Assembly (NCBI RefSeq): GCF_006345805.1
Contig: NC_042999.1
Span: 100,936,001 to 101,000,000 of the forward strand
Reading direction: 5' to 3'
Source: Octopus sinensis
Lineage: Eukaryota
Length of the DNA stretch: 64,000 nt
This document shows positions 42,501 through 55,873 of this stretch, piece after piece. A program made the translations under genes and the position numbers. Position 1 is the stretch's first letter. Each line of letters opens with the position of its first letter. Under the pieces are notes generated by a model that had not been told where the DNA came from, did no database searches, and saw only the letters and a list, made by a program, of their open reading frames with translations.

Positions 42501-43849
42501 GTTTTGTGTTTCTTGAGATGAGGTAAATGACACAGGGAGCTAAAGATGTTATCAAAGTTGCACACTAGACATATGGGTCTAGACATATATAACAATTCCT
42601 TAATTATTATTCCACCCAAGGAGGATGGATTGTGCTTGTGACGTCTGCAGGCCCCTTTGTAAGGTTGGTATAGTTAATGTTCAACTTGAATTTCTACAGA
42701 AGGAATCATTGACAGGAAGGGAATTCCAGAGAAATGCATTTTGGAGGAGAAATAATTAGGTAAAGTGTTCATTGTATCAGAGAACAGAAGCCATGATAGT
42801 AGTAAACAATAGTCTGTGGGTTTTTGGGCTGTAAAGTATTGGTGAATGAGTTTTAGTCAATCATAAGACTAGGATGTTTGTGCATGTAGTTGCAAAAGTA
42901 TGAAGCCAAATGCTTGCTACATGGTAAATCATACTAAAGTTAACAGTTGAAAGACTTCACCAGGCTCTTTACTTTAATGTTCACCAAGAAGCAATAGAAT
43001 TGTAATTTGCAAGTAAAATTCTCAAATGAATAAATCAAGTAAAAATAATTACTGAATCTGTTATTTTATCAAAAATTGTGGAATATATGATACAAAAATT
43101 TACCATATTTATTCATGGTTCTAACAATTTACTCCCCAATCCCAACACACAAAAACTAAGATAAATAAAATAAAAAGTGCATCAGATATTGACAATATTC
43201 TTTCATTAGAACAGTCAAGAATCTTTGCATAGAGATCACTGTCACAATTTTGTATTCCTGAAGAAATCAATAGATTTTTCTCTCAAGAAAAATGTTGCTT
43301 ACATTGTGTGTGTGTGTGTGTGTGTGTGTGTTCGTACATGTATGTTTGTGTATACTCATGCATTTTTTTTTCAAGATTCTGTCTCTTCTTTGCAGTATAT
43401 TACTGTTTATTTCTTCTACAGAAAGCAAAAAAATGTGAAGAAACAAAATGAATGTTTAAACATGAATTTAATCAATATAGTTATGGGCAAAGTACATTTA
43501 CTAAATGATTGTGTAAAGACTACACTATGTGAATGAGCAAGTTGTTCTGAAGGAAGATAGGAGGGGGGTAAAGATAAACGGAAGTTTGAATAAAAAGACA
43601 TTAGGATTATAGTGAAGAAAAAAGCTGACAAACAAGATAGGTAATGAATAAATAGAATAAACAAGTATGTTAGCTGAGTTGGATACAGACGAAAGTTCCA
43701 CTGAGATGTTTGCAAGGAGATTAGGTGGATCATTGAAAATTATGTTAAAAGAAGTAAATATAGATAAGGCTTGCTTACTCGAGTTGCTTGATGGAGTGGA
43801 ATGGCATTGGAGATTATATATGTTTAAGGCCAACTAGGTAATTTTAAGA

Positions 43850-44170
43850 AACTGAAAAATACAGCAGAATTCAGGTGAGCTGAGAGAACAGCTGGGCATT
43901 GAAACTATTTTCTGATGGGTGCGGGAGAAACAATTACATTGCTATGGACATTTGATAATGGAAATAATAAAACAATGGATATTATTTGAAAAAGTGGCAT
44001 GTACTATTAATGGAAGGTATTCATGGAAGTGGAAGACCTGAGGAAGACAAAGGTAAAAGTGGTGATATCAGATCTTAGACTACAAAGTTTCATAGATGAG
44101 ATGACAAATATCAAGATGAATAGAGACAGCCTGTACAAGATGTATGTCCAATCACTGTAGGTATGTTAAA
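43850..44170 (+). mobile_element. RTE-clade LINE 3' end, decayed
   Basis: ELREQLGIETIF*WVREKQLHCYGHL...GSGRP remnants. Confidence 0.65.
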
Positions 44171-44186
44171 AAATTTAAAAAGCAGA

Positions 44187-44229
<43 letters not shown>

Positions 44230-44464
44230 AATAATAATAATAATAATAACTTCAAATTTTGACACAAAAAGGATGAAAATCAAAGTCAACCTTAGCAGAG
44301 TTTAAATTTAGAATGTAAAGACAGACAAAATACTCATACCCCTATGCATTTCGCCCAGTATACTAATGATTCTACAAGCACCTCCATGTCCCATGAATAT
44401 TTCAATTTCGAGATCTTTGTATTTTTGATAATAATAATAATAATAATAATGATAATAATAATAT

Positions 44465-45049
44465 TAATAATAGACATGGCATTCCTTTCTGACCAACATA
44501 TTGCCCAAAAAGAAATGAGGAAACTGTCAAAATACAAAGATCTTGAAACTGAAATATTCAAGAAGTGGGGCATAAAGATAAAAACAATACCAGTAATAAT
44601 CGGAGCATTGGATATATCAAAAAAACATGAACAATAACATAGAAACCATACTTGGACTCACAACATTACACACTATCCAAAAAGTATTCCACACCTTATG
44701 CAAGATATTATCAACTTAATAGCATAGTCCAAGTAAAATAATCCACCAACAGGACACACTCTATACAATAAGCATCTAATAAAATAAAGAACCTCCCACA
44801 ACATATACTCTACAGGATGGATGCCCAACAGAAATAACACAATTCGGATTACACACACTCCACACAATAGAAACATTAACAGAACAAAAGATTCAAGCCA
44901 AATCCCATAGCAAAATCTGATGCAATACACAAACATGAAGAGTCAGTACTTGCCCAACACCAATGAAAAACAAAATCTCACAATGCTTCATACACCTCAG
45001 GAACACAGGAGTGTACTAGGTGATGCAGTAGAAATTTGCCAAAAACTAT

Positions 45050-45050
<1 letters not shown>
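44465..45050 (+). mobile_element. R4/Dong-clade 3' fragment
   Basis: IDMAFLSDQHIAQKEMRKLSKYKDLETEIFKKWGIKIKTIPVIIGALD is homologous to 6470-6930; (AAT)n on both flanks. Confidence 0.85.
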
Positions 45051-45092
<42 letters not shown>

Positions 45093-45104
45093 TAATAATT
45101 TCAT

Positions 45105-46332
45105 TTATTTGCCACAAGGGTGAAAGATGAGGGGCACAATACCAAGACAGACATAAAGTGTGAGGGTTTAAATATAATGAAATGACTGGAAAAAAAATGT
45201 AAGTATACACAGTATACACTGAAAAAGAAGGGACATATACATAACATTCAAAGGTTAAAAAAAAAAGAAAAAATGTGGCAGGGAGGATCATAGAGATGTA
45301 GTGCTCCTGATACAGAAAGACCGCTAGGGATAATTGAGGAACCCCACTGTCCGAGATTTCCCTGAACACCAAGAGCAAGTGCCCTCTCCAATTCCTTCTC
45401 TCCGACTTACAAGTCTACACTGTGAGAGGTACCATCCACACTTGCCATTTTCACAACTTTCACCCACCTTTCAATAAATTCACTTGAGAACAGCACATCC
45501 CTCTCCACTCTCAATTTCCTTTTCAAGTGAAACTTGGAAAAGTCAATGAGAGCTCTATCAAAGAGGAATGTATCTGTACTCATGCCTTTCAACCTTGTCC
45601 ACCAAACAACCTCTTTCACCACAGCCATCAGGCAAAGGTAATCTGCCTTGCCTGCCCGAATGAAGGAGGGTGGTGGGGCAATCATCACTACAGACTTGGT
45701 CAACAGATGGATCTGTCCAACATATGACAGCAGCTGTTCGACATAACCCCACAAGTCAGCAATGCCCAGACACTGAACGAGTGCATGCAGAACAGTTTTG
45801 TCATTCTGCACCCATCTGATTGCACATCCGTGCCTGTAGAGCTTATCTTGAACCAGTAGTGCCCCCTGGTAGCACTGCCAGGTCAAAGACATCTGGAAAT
45901 TATCTGTGATAGTTCCTGACCAGAAAGTTTCCAGGAACAGACTAGCCAGTTCATTTTTGTCAGTGCTCAGAGTCTCCCCAAGAATGTTATCACACTTCCT
46001 GCCACTAATCTGCTATAAATTTCTAAAGCAGAACATCCACTGATCCCATTGTCTGACTGGTAGAGCTTACAACCTTTCCCAGTTTACATTCACTTAAAGG
46101 TTTGCTCCGAACCAGAACCCAAGCATCTTAAGCAGACCTTTGGTCCAGTAACAGAAGTCTCGGTCATGCATAAAGACATTTCTCTAGGCACCAAGTTGCA
46201 GGCTGACTGACTTATCTCAGTTATTGATGTTTCCATTACGTTCTGGTATTCCTACAGAATGGTGACAACTACCTCAATTTCTAATTTGTCTGATACCATG
46301 ATTGTGACATCATCCATGAATGCAAACAGGGT
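45105..46332 (-). mobile_element. Tx1/L1-clade LINE, 5'-truncated and decayed
   Basis: Starts at the RT catalytic motif remnant FAFMDDVTIMVSD. C-terminal zinc-finger region WQCYQGALLVQDKLYRHG...TVLHALVQC...LW. AATAAA near the 3' end. Confidence 0.85.
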
Positions 46333-47694
46333 AAGTAAAAAGAAACTAATAATAACAGTTGACATTATACAATCAGTTTGACACTGACTATATCAGTGTA
46401 ATCATGTAATCATATGCACTAGTGTACTTATCAACAGCAATGTAATCAGAAATGCCAATATATCCATCAGTGGTGTGTGCTCTTTGTCAAAACAAAGAAA
46501 AAAATTTCCTTTTTATAAAATGCAAGGAAACAGTTTTATATTTACTGAACAGCAATAATTTCCAAAAGAAACCATAAATTTCAGCTGATTTTCTTATATA
46601 TTCATATAATACAACAATGTATCTCAAAGTGGATATGCTGGTCTCAGAATGAAAATGTCAGAATGGATTTAATATTTGATTTCACAACAGAGAAAGAAGA
46701 GTTACAAACTTACAGTTTCAGTTACTTTTTCACTTATCATGATTTGCTCTGCACTTTGCATAATATATCTGTAGAGATTCTGTGCACGATTTTCTTACAG
46801 TTTATTTATTCAACACACATACATATAGATGTGAGCACACGTGCACATACACACACACACACACACTAATGCATGCGTATGCATGCACACACACATATGT
46901 ATTCTACCAAAAATATATACAAATTTAAAACACAAAATCTTTTTTTTTTTTTTAGTCAGAACTATGTGCTGATATTTGTGTACCCCCCTTTTCCATACAC
47001 ACACAGTTTTCTTGGTTTTTTTCTCTCTATAGAAATATGACAGGAAATAAGAAGGTATTGTTGGGATTAGATTTGATGTCATTTAGAAATAAATAAGGAG
47101 TTATTGACATTTTAAACTTGTGAGAATATAACTGCAAATAATAACCAAATACTCTAGATAGTGATGACAAGAAACAACAAGAAGCTTATTATATAATTTT
47201 TTTAAAATGATGTTCACTTAAATAAAAGTTTAGATTTCCCAAGGTGTCATTAGAATAGAATTAAGAAAAATTGTTGCCAATGAATTTCCAACTGATTCTG
47301 ATAATGATTGGTAACTTTAAAACTGGCATCCATCAAAATGTCTTTAAACACCTAAAATATGCTAGCCAGATAGAATTCATTTGAAAGACTGATAAATATA
47401 AAAATAAATCTTTCGAAGTAATTAGAAGTACATCCATTTTCATATCAGAGAGCTGCAAACAAAGTGACTAAACAGATTAAAATAGAAAATATCTAAAAAA
47501 AAAATCTTTTTTTTCCTCAAAAAATTTCTCATGAAGAATTCTGGATGTCACAATATACCTTAAAGTTGTAGAGAGAGTATTTAACAAGGTATAATATTTT
47601 AGACATTATCATCATGCAAGCATAAAAGAAAATAAGAAAGAGTATTTAAAAACATATTAATAATATACATCTATACATATATGTATATGTGGGG

Positions 47695-47727
<33 letters not shown>

Positions 47728-47905
47728 AAATCTATTCTTCTGGGAGTTGCCTTTCATTGAAATTCTAATTTGTCATGATCTTCTTGGGCAGATATACATA
47801 AATAACATACAATTACACACACACAAAGATATAAAGGTGTGGAAACATACACATATAGGCAATATTCATACATTCTGAGGAAACAAGAATACTTAAGAAG
47901 CTTAC

Positions 47906-48048
47906 CTGAGAGGGTACAACCACACGATGTAAAAGTTTTCCATCTTTGCTATAGAAATGTAGCTCATTTCGACAGTATAGATTTGGAAGTCGTACAAAAC
48001 CAGCCACTGCTAAGTACTCACCGCAGTTGGACCAGTCCATTTTGACTC
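47906..48048 (-). CDS. TULP4: Internal coding exon of a TULP4-like (tubby-related protein 4) WD40 gene
   Basis: Minus strand reads tttttattAG|GAGTCAAAATG...CCCTCTCAG|GTAAG: canonical acceptor with T-rich tract and GTAAG donor; 143 nt, phase 1 in, phase 0 out. Peptide (G)VKMDWSNCGEYLAVAGFVRLPNLYCRNELHFYSKDGKLLHRVVVPSQ fits the W-x-x-x-G-x-x-LAVAG...LPN...FY-x-x-x-G blade recalled for TULP4. The paralogue WDR35/IFT121 is the alternative. Confidence 0.8.
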
Positions 48049-48539
48049 CTAATAAAAAACGTGAGAAAAAGGAAAGTAAATATTTATATAGCGGTATTGC
48101 CAACATAATGTGTGTGTGTAAATGTAAAAATATCTTAAATATGAGACAGAGGAGAGCTTTAATGAGGCTAGTGCCTAACTGTACTTTTAAAGTGTTAAGT
48201 TGATGAAGAATAAATTTCTACTTGAATAGCATGTCGTTTGCTCAGGTGAGCTGACACATATTCCTGATAGCTTGATAAAATGAGACAATGTAGGATATTC
48301 TTCAACCAGAAACAAAATGAAACATGCTGCATTTGGACACACAAAAAAAAGCTTCCATAAGATAGTCAACCAGATTTCATGCTGCTGCTGCTGATGATGA
48401 TGATGATGACAATGACAAAGTCACTGTCACAGCAGACAATGATGAGAATGATAGTAGTTATGATGATAATAATGATGATGATGGCAAAGATGGATTTGAT
48501 GATGAGGATGAAGGTGACAATGAGGAAATGCCAACATCA

Positions 48540-48573
<34 letters not shown>

Positions 48574-50634
48574 CGGGGATGATGAAAATGGATGAGACAT
48601 GCTAACAAATAAGTGAAAATAATTCTAAAAATATTGCTAAGTGATAAGAATTCTAAAATTGAATATTGCACAAATTTCACTTCAGAATAATGTCTACATT
48701 TGCACAATGGACAAATTGTATACAGCTAGAAGACAAGATACAAAAAAAAAAAAGAAAAATAATAAATAAATACAAGACTAAAACTTTTTCTTTCCCTATT
48801 TAAAATGTGATAAGAGGCTAGTTTCAGCAATAAAAAAGTAAAAGGGATATTTCAGAGTATGATCTATCATCAAGATAAATGTTTGGTTCAGAATGACTGG
48901 TGAATATTACATCATCTACAAAGCATCTGCTTCAGATTTGTCCAATATGAAATAATGAAGTAGGAAACCCAGATATATGTATATATCTACTGACTGAACT
49001 GTTATTGAAATGGCATAACTAAATTCCATTAGTGTGTGCATATATGTTTGAGTATGTATAGTTATTACCTATCTTTATGCATAGCCTTTCAATAAGCTAA
49101 CAAAGTAGCCTCTAAATGGTTGCTCAACTAGCTAGAAAGAATAACCAAATTTACCTCAAATCACATTTTGCTTTCTTGTAGCTCTACTGAAACAGGACTT
49201 ACCACATTTTTTTATCTTCTTTGTCATCAGTATAATTTAGTATAAACATCATGAGTAGTTTCAGTTACTCTTTACACACATGATGACTTATATCTTGTCA
49301 TACTACATAATATGTGTATTAAGCCTTATTTTGAACTATGGTTTTCTCAGTTCCATCCTGGGCATATACACATACATACACTTACATGATATATATAACT
49401 ATATCCATAATATATTGCAATTTCATGATTTTCAAAAGTAGTGGGAGATGTGGGGATCTGTAGCTATGCTGCATTTCTCTTGGTTGACCGGATTCTGAAA
49501 ATTTGCACACCAAATAACCATCAATTGAGATACTGTAAATACTCAACACACGCGTTATGTATATACACACACACACATACATACACACATACATGCATAC
49601 ATACATATACATCTGGTGATAAACTCATCTGCTAGGAAATTTCAGAGAAATGGTGTCTATTAGAGGCTGTAGACGTTATTTGTGAATTGAGTATGCAGGC
49701 AAAGAAACAGACCACCAAGTAGTGGCACCAGCCAGATAGATAGTAGTAAACGATGGGAGAAAAAGGGGAACAAAGATTAACAATAATGGTAAAAATAGGA
49801 TATGTATCAATGTGTCATACTATAGTGAACAGATGGCGAATCAATTAAGGACAACTTTCTTCTCATAATAGCATATGATGACTACACTCTGGGTAAATGC
49901 CAGTTCTTTGGCCAAAATAATACACAAGATGTTGCATGCCACATTTGTTGCTGTCCAATCAACAGATGGTATTCAACTGATGTGCTTAAAAACCAATTTG
50001 TTTAGAGGTTAATCTGGAGGCAACAACATTGGATCAACTAAACAATGATTGCAAATCAGATTAGAGGAACATTTTTACAAATTCACATCACATAGCACAG
50101 TATTCCAATACAAAAAAATAAATGAAGAAATACAAAATCACAGCTCATGACAAAATAACCAGAGGATGTAAGTTTCCAGACAGTTGAGGCACATTTCATG
50201 AGAAAGCAGAAAACAACTTTAAACTTCAAAGAATTCAACACATGGAAATACCTATTTAGTTTCTCCATGTTAGTAAAAGTATGTTACTGTTTCCTAGTTA
50301 ATCAATAAGAACACAAATCAGTCTATGTGATGGTGATTTAAAGAGCTTAAAAGCACCCATGAAATAAATAATGAAACACTTATATCAGCAACAAGTCTTG
50401 TAAGTAGACATTTATTTTTGTTATAGGTGATCATTTACTGGTCTGTTTGTTTGTTCATATACGCATTCAAGTGCTACATTTGGTATTAGTCTATTTCTAT
50501 ACTTGTCAATTTTATCCCACATAACTGCACTAAGCCATGTGTGTGCATAACACACACAGATTTTATCTTTGTTTCTGACTCAGAATGCTCTTCTAGTTCA
50601 TATATATTCCAGCAATATCATTTGTTAATATTTA

Positions 50635-50855
50635 GGCAGTAAGCTGGCAGAATTGTTAGCATACCAGGCAAAATGCTTAGCTGCATTCTGTCCATCTTTA
50701 TGTTCTGAGTTCAAATCCCACTGAGGTCGACTTTGCCTTTCATCTTGTCAGGGTCAATGAAATAAGTACCAGTCAAGTACTGGGGTCAGTGTATTCAACT
50801 TACCTCTGCCTCCCCCTCAAGAAATTACTAGCCTTGTGCCAAAATTTGAAATCAC
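50635..50855 (+). mobile_element. SINE family B, most complete copy
   Basis: tRNA-like head (AGCTGGCAGAATTGTTAG; GAGTTCAAATCCC) and central GACTTTGCCTTTCATC...GGGTCAATGAAATAAGTACCAG, which by recall resembles a widely shared metazoan SINE core domain. Other copies at ~27090-27290(-), 33160-33230(+), 37430-37690(-), 44250-44385(-), 53240-53365(-). Confidence 0.8.
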
Positions 50856-51139
50856 TATTTATTTAGACAGTATCAAATTATTTATATCCTCAAACATAGA
50901 ATGCTTGATATTGAATCGTATATTACAGATACATTTTATTCTATCTACTTTTAAATTACTTTTAATGACTAGTTGTCTTATTGTTACACTTTCAACAAAT
51001 CTATCTACCTCCACTCCATTGGTTTATCATATTTAGTAAATACCAAATATTGTTTCTTCTTACTAGGTACAAGGCCAATATTTTATGCAAGTAGCTACAC
51101 TTGACTGAATGAACCTCATACTGACAACTTACCAATATT

Positions 51140-51400
51140 CTCCATCTTGTCTATGCTTTTTCAACCACTACCACAGTGAACTCTGCTCTCCAAAGTTGGC
51201 TTGTCGTATACCACCTCGACTGTAGGCAGCCTTAACTCAATCATTCTCTCCTCCACTCATCACCCATATTACTTTCACCTTTCCAGGCCTGGACTGGCTG
51301 CTAAAGCCAGTCTTTTCCAAGGGTAAGTAATTTTTGGAATGCACATATTTTCCCTGTCATTGTTGCTTTGCAACAGTTCATGTGGAATGTTCACTATGCC
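51140..51400 (+). mobile_element. Possible CR1/Jockey-group LINE 3' remnant
   Basis: LCFFNHYHSELCSPKL...FWNA..IFP....LQQF pattern; a similar LWNSLP remnant lies on the minus strand near 42720. Confidence 0.4.
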
Positions 51401-51567
51401 AATCTCACCAATTTATATGGGCCTGCAAAGGTACTTGGTATAGTCCTATCCTCCAGATTATACCAAATTAAAAGAACCAAAAATGATTTATTTTAAAATT
51501 ATTTAAACAATAGGCTAACCAAAGCCTTGAGAGTGGATTTGGTAGATGAAAACTGTAAGAAACCCGT

Positions 51568-51616
<49 letters not shown>

Positions 51617-52669
51617 GTTTGTTCCCCCAACATCGCTTGGCAACCGATGGTAGTGTGTTTACACCCCTGTAACTTAGCGGTTCAGCAAAAGAGACCGATA
51701 GAATACGTCCTGGGGTCAATTTGCTCGACTAAAGGCGGTGCTCCAGCATGGCCACAGTCAAATGACTGAAACAAGTAAAAGAGAATATCTAATAGTTACA
51801 TAAAAATGAAAATATCAATCACTAATAGCAATTATTAATATTGCACACTGGTTCTGTATTATTCACATCTTGCATCTTGTTAATAAAATACTAGAGAGGA
51901 CATGCTTTATAACTTGGCATTAGAGACAGAGGATACAACTGCACTTTTTTTAATTAATTGTAAAAGAGGTCAAATAAAAAAATTTGCATTTGAATTATGC
52001 AATTTCTACAAAGCTGTTCCTTCACTTTTGTGAGCTGCAATGTAATTGAAAACAAAGTATCATCAGAGTAGTTCCATGGCAAATTGTTTTCTGAAGGAAT
52101 GGACTGAAAAATTTGTTTTGATCTAACACTGACTTTGTTATTTCATTTTGAACTGATTAAACTTATTAGAAATGCCCAAATATGGTAACAATTTGAAACT
52201 GCTGAAGGCCTCTGATAACAGTACTGAATATCATATGAGAAAATCATACTTGAGACCAAGGAATGAAATTGTTGATTGTGTAGGCACATATCAGTTCAAT
52301 AACTTCATAAGACAGACACTGTTAATGAGACGCAGAGGAGAATTTAACTTCTCAGACAAAGACTTTTTCTTCAAAAACAATTCTTCCACAAATTCACCTC
52401 AAGGCACATAAACTTATTCTAATTTGTTAACTTAAACAGTTTTGTAATAGTCATCCTCTTCTGAAATGTGATTAAACTTTGATTGTGAATCATTAATTCA
52501 TTCTAAATTCTAATAGCTGCTATCCCCATAAAAAAAAAACGTAATTTTTTTTATTTATGAAGAGAAGATTATGGAAACTATTTAAATTTAGCAAAGATTT
52601 AGTGAAGACTTCTTTAATGCTGTATAAAATCAGGAACAAAACATATTTGTTATCCCTTTTTCTGGCATT

Positions 52670-52972
52670 TCATTGGTTACAATGATGTTCAACACAACAG
52701 CCAGCTCTTGAAATTAATGCTCAAATGACTGAGTGCTCCACAGGCATGCATACACTTAACATAGTTCTCAAGGAAATACAATGTGATACAGAAAGTGACA
52801 AGGCTGGCTCTTTAAATTACAGGTATAACTTGTTTTTGCCAACTGAGTAGGCAACTGAGTAGATTGGAGTAATGTGAAATAAAGTGTGTTGCTCAAGGAC
52901 ACAAGATACCACTGGAAATTGAACTCATGATTTTAGAACCATGAACCAAAAATCCTAACCACTAAGCCATGC
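52670..52972 (-). mobile_element. tRNA-derived SINE (family F)
   Basis: Minus strand A box TGGCTTAGTGG, B box GAGTTCAATTTCC, then GTGTCCTTGAGCAACACACTTTATTTCAC. Confidence 0.8.
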
Positions 52973-53238
52973 TATCTATCTATCTATCTATCCGCTCAGT
53001 CGAAGTCGACTCTCGGCTCCTCCATGGATCAGTGTCCTCCAGTCAGTTCTATCCTGGGCCGCTTCTTTCAGATTGGCTATGTCCATTCCGGTAATCACTC
53101 TTGATGGTGTCAAGCCAGCGGGTTCTTGGTCAGCCTCTTCCTCTCTTGCCACTGACCATTCTGAGCATGATGTCCTTCTCCAGGGATTTTCTCCGCATAA
53201 TATGACCAAAATATGCCAATCTATGCTTGGTGATCCTA
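52973..53238 (-). mobile_element. RTE (BovB-like) LINE 3' end with (TAGA)n tail
   Basis: RITKHRLAYFGHIMRRKSLEKDIMLRMVSGKRGRG*PRTRWLDTIK, and in another frame LKEAAQDRTDWRTLIH. Confidence 0.9.
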
Positions 53239-54140
53239 GTATTTGACTGGTACTTTATTTTAACCACACCAGAAGGATGAAAGGTAAAGTTAACTTTAGC
53301 AGGATTTGAACTTAGAAGAACCAGAACAAATTCTGCACCACTTTAACAATTCTGCCAATCCAGCTTTTATTGTTAATTTTTAAACATGATCATACTAAAT
53401 ATTTTCATATCAATTTGACTCCCAATTACCAATTCAGCTATTAATTAATTGAACAATTTATTAAAATTTTAAAAAAGAGTAAAATTTTAATTAATAACAG
53501 CAATTATTACAGAGAGTTTGTATTGATTTATTAACAGATCTTAATAATAGCCTTACTAATTAAACAAAAGAAGAAGAATATTTTGACAGTCAGAAATAAA
53601 TCAGATAGATACAGTCCCAAGTTGTAATATTCTTAAAACAGTATTAATAACAGTAATGGAATGTTGAAAATTCTACTAGTTGTTTGTAACATAACATGCC
53701 AAATTTCAGTCCTGTCATCACTGTTTTAATGTCTACATTTTCACATCTGCTTGGGTTAGATAAGAGTATATCAGGGCAGAGTTTTATACTGCATGATGTC
53801 CTTTCTAGAGTCAACCCCAACTGTTACCAAGCAGAGAAATAATCTCTCAGTTTACCGAACATCAAACAGCCTGAGTATGGTTTTATAGAGAACTGGAAAT
53901 GAAAAACACCATAGGAATAAACTTTTTTTATAATACAAAAACTGCATACCATGTTAGGACATATCAAGTCCAGACATGCTTTCATGGTGAATTGCAAGCA
54001 AAGAGTATTGTCTGCATGAAGAGTGAAGCCTGCCTTTGTTTATACAATCTGAATAGATGTGAAGACAAAAAGAAATGCAAACTTGCTCACACACATGTAC
54101 ACAATTGTGTGTGTAAGTGTGTGTGTGTGCATTTATACAA

Positions 54141-54192
<52 letters not shown>

Positions 54193-54195
54193 GTA

Positions 54196-54226
<31 letters not shown>

Positions 54227-55790
54227 ATGTGTATGTGATGGGCTTCTTTCAATTTCTATCAGCCAAATTCATTCACAAAGCTTTGGTTGGCCTAGGGTTC
54301 TAGAAGAAGATACTAGCAAAAAGTACCATGCAGTGGAACTGAACTTGAAACTACATGGCTGAGCACAAACATCTTAACCCTACAGCCATGCCTGTATCTG
54401 GTTATGCCTTCACCAGTTATAAATAGATAGGAAAGAGTCAGATAAATGATTTTACAGCTGTAGAATGCATGTCATACGATTGACATCTAGCTGTGTTGTA
54501 AACCAGAGATATTGTATGTGTGCCAGTCTACTCTGTATTAATTTTACTGTGGCCATTTTTCATGCAAGATTAAACTGCCTTTGTGCCAAAAATTAACTTC
54601 TGACATGACAAATATCAAATGCTTACCAACTGAAATTAGATGTTATCTTCAATTTAAAATATGAACTTAAATTTAACTATTTTAATTAAGGTGATTTTTG
54701 GTTTTGGATTGTTTAGTATTGAAAAGACTAAAAGAAACTGAATACCAATATCTTCTTCAAAGATACTTTTGATTCTTAAATGATATCCAAAATTAATATT
54801 CATTATTCAAAACAACACTTTTGGCTAAGAATATGATCTAACTGTAATCTTAGATCTCAGTGAAAGAATTGGCCATTTACATGGTTAAGCAAGTGGAAGC
54901 ATTTAATCTCTAGACTGTTAAAAGCTTAAGTACATAGGAAAATAAAAATTAAATTAAATGATAACCAGTTTTTTTTCTTTTCCTTCAGCAAGCATAGAGG
55001 ATAATGCTGGGCATGTTTCATTCTTACTGGAACTCTTCAGTGGAAGTGCACACTTCACTACTTAAAATGTTTGAGATCAAATTGCTTAGTAAACACGGAA
55101 ATATTTATCAGTCAGAGCAGAAATATTTTTTAAAAATACGTTTTTGAGACATCGCTTGCAATATATTTAATAGCTTTAATATAAGCAAATTTAAGGTAAA
55201 ATTTATTATTTACTTTTAGGAATATGCTGTTAAATAAAGATATCAAACATATTGATCACTGGATGACAGAAAGAAGTGGCTGAGCTACTATTTCATAGAG
55301 TGAATTAATTACTCAATAATTCTAATACCAATTCGTTTAAGGCTATCCCTACTTCTATATTATCCAATTACATAAACACCTTATATGGCAGTATTTGTAT
55401 TCAAATCTCAGTTAAAATTTTCTTATTACAAAAATAACACAAGATTTCAGTAGGTAAAAATCCCATCAAAGTTTTATGTAAGAACCTTTTTAGGAATTGT
55501 ATTCTGAACAGCAAATTAATGATGTTTATTTTTGTTAAAACAACTATATATACATTAGACCACAATAGCAGAGATTAAATATTAATGACAAACATTAAAT
55601 ATTCCAAATAATCATAAAGGTAACTATCAAATAATAATAAATAATGAAAAATCAAATAAACATGATTTTAAAATAGATTTAAAATATTCCCAATTAAATA
55701 TATGTAAGTAAAATATAGAATAAATACTATTCCAAATAAAAAGACTCACTGGGTTTCACACCGCCACTTAACTCTTGGAGTTCTTTAGCA

Positions 55791-55873
55791 GTTATCTTTA
55801 GAGCAGAGACTGAGACTGAGTGCTTACAACTCTGTTGCAGGCATTTGAGTTAGGTCTCTGCTCTAAAGACAAC
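55791..55873. other. 83-nt imperfect hairpin with a 16-bp perfect stem
   Basis: TCTTTAGAGCAGAGAC (55795-55810) is the exact reverse complement of GTCTCTGCTCTAAAGA (55854-55869); pairing continues inward to CAAC-tct-GTTG. Confidence 0.85.

Noticed and set aside
48381-48605. Acidic Asp/Glu-rich open frame on the plus strand
   Set aside because: Decayed (GAT)n microsatellite that slips into poly-Met; no convincing donor site, and antisense to the host exon.
49386-49494. Minus-strand exon-like segment (TTTTCAG...GTAAGT) with one open frame ESGQPREMQHSYRSPHL...
   Set aside because: No resemblance to TULP4/WD40 sequence; 109 nt would shift the frame; embedded between simple repeats.
55008-55046. 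Hammerhead-like CUGAAGA-GUUC/GAAU-GAAA-CAUG on the minus strand
   Set aside because: Lacks U16.1 and any stem I complementarity; likely chance.
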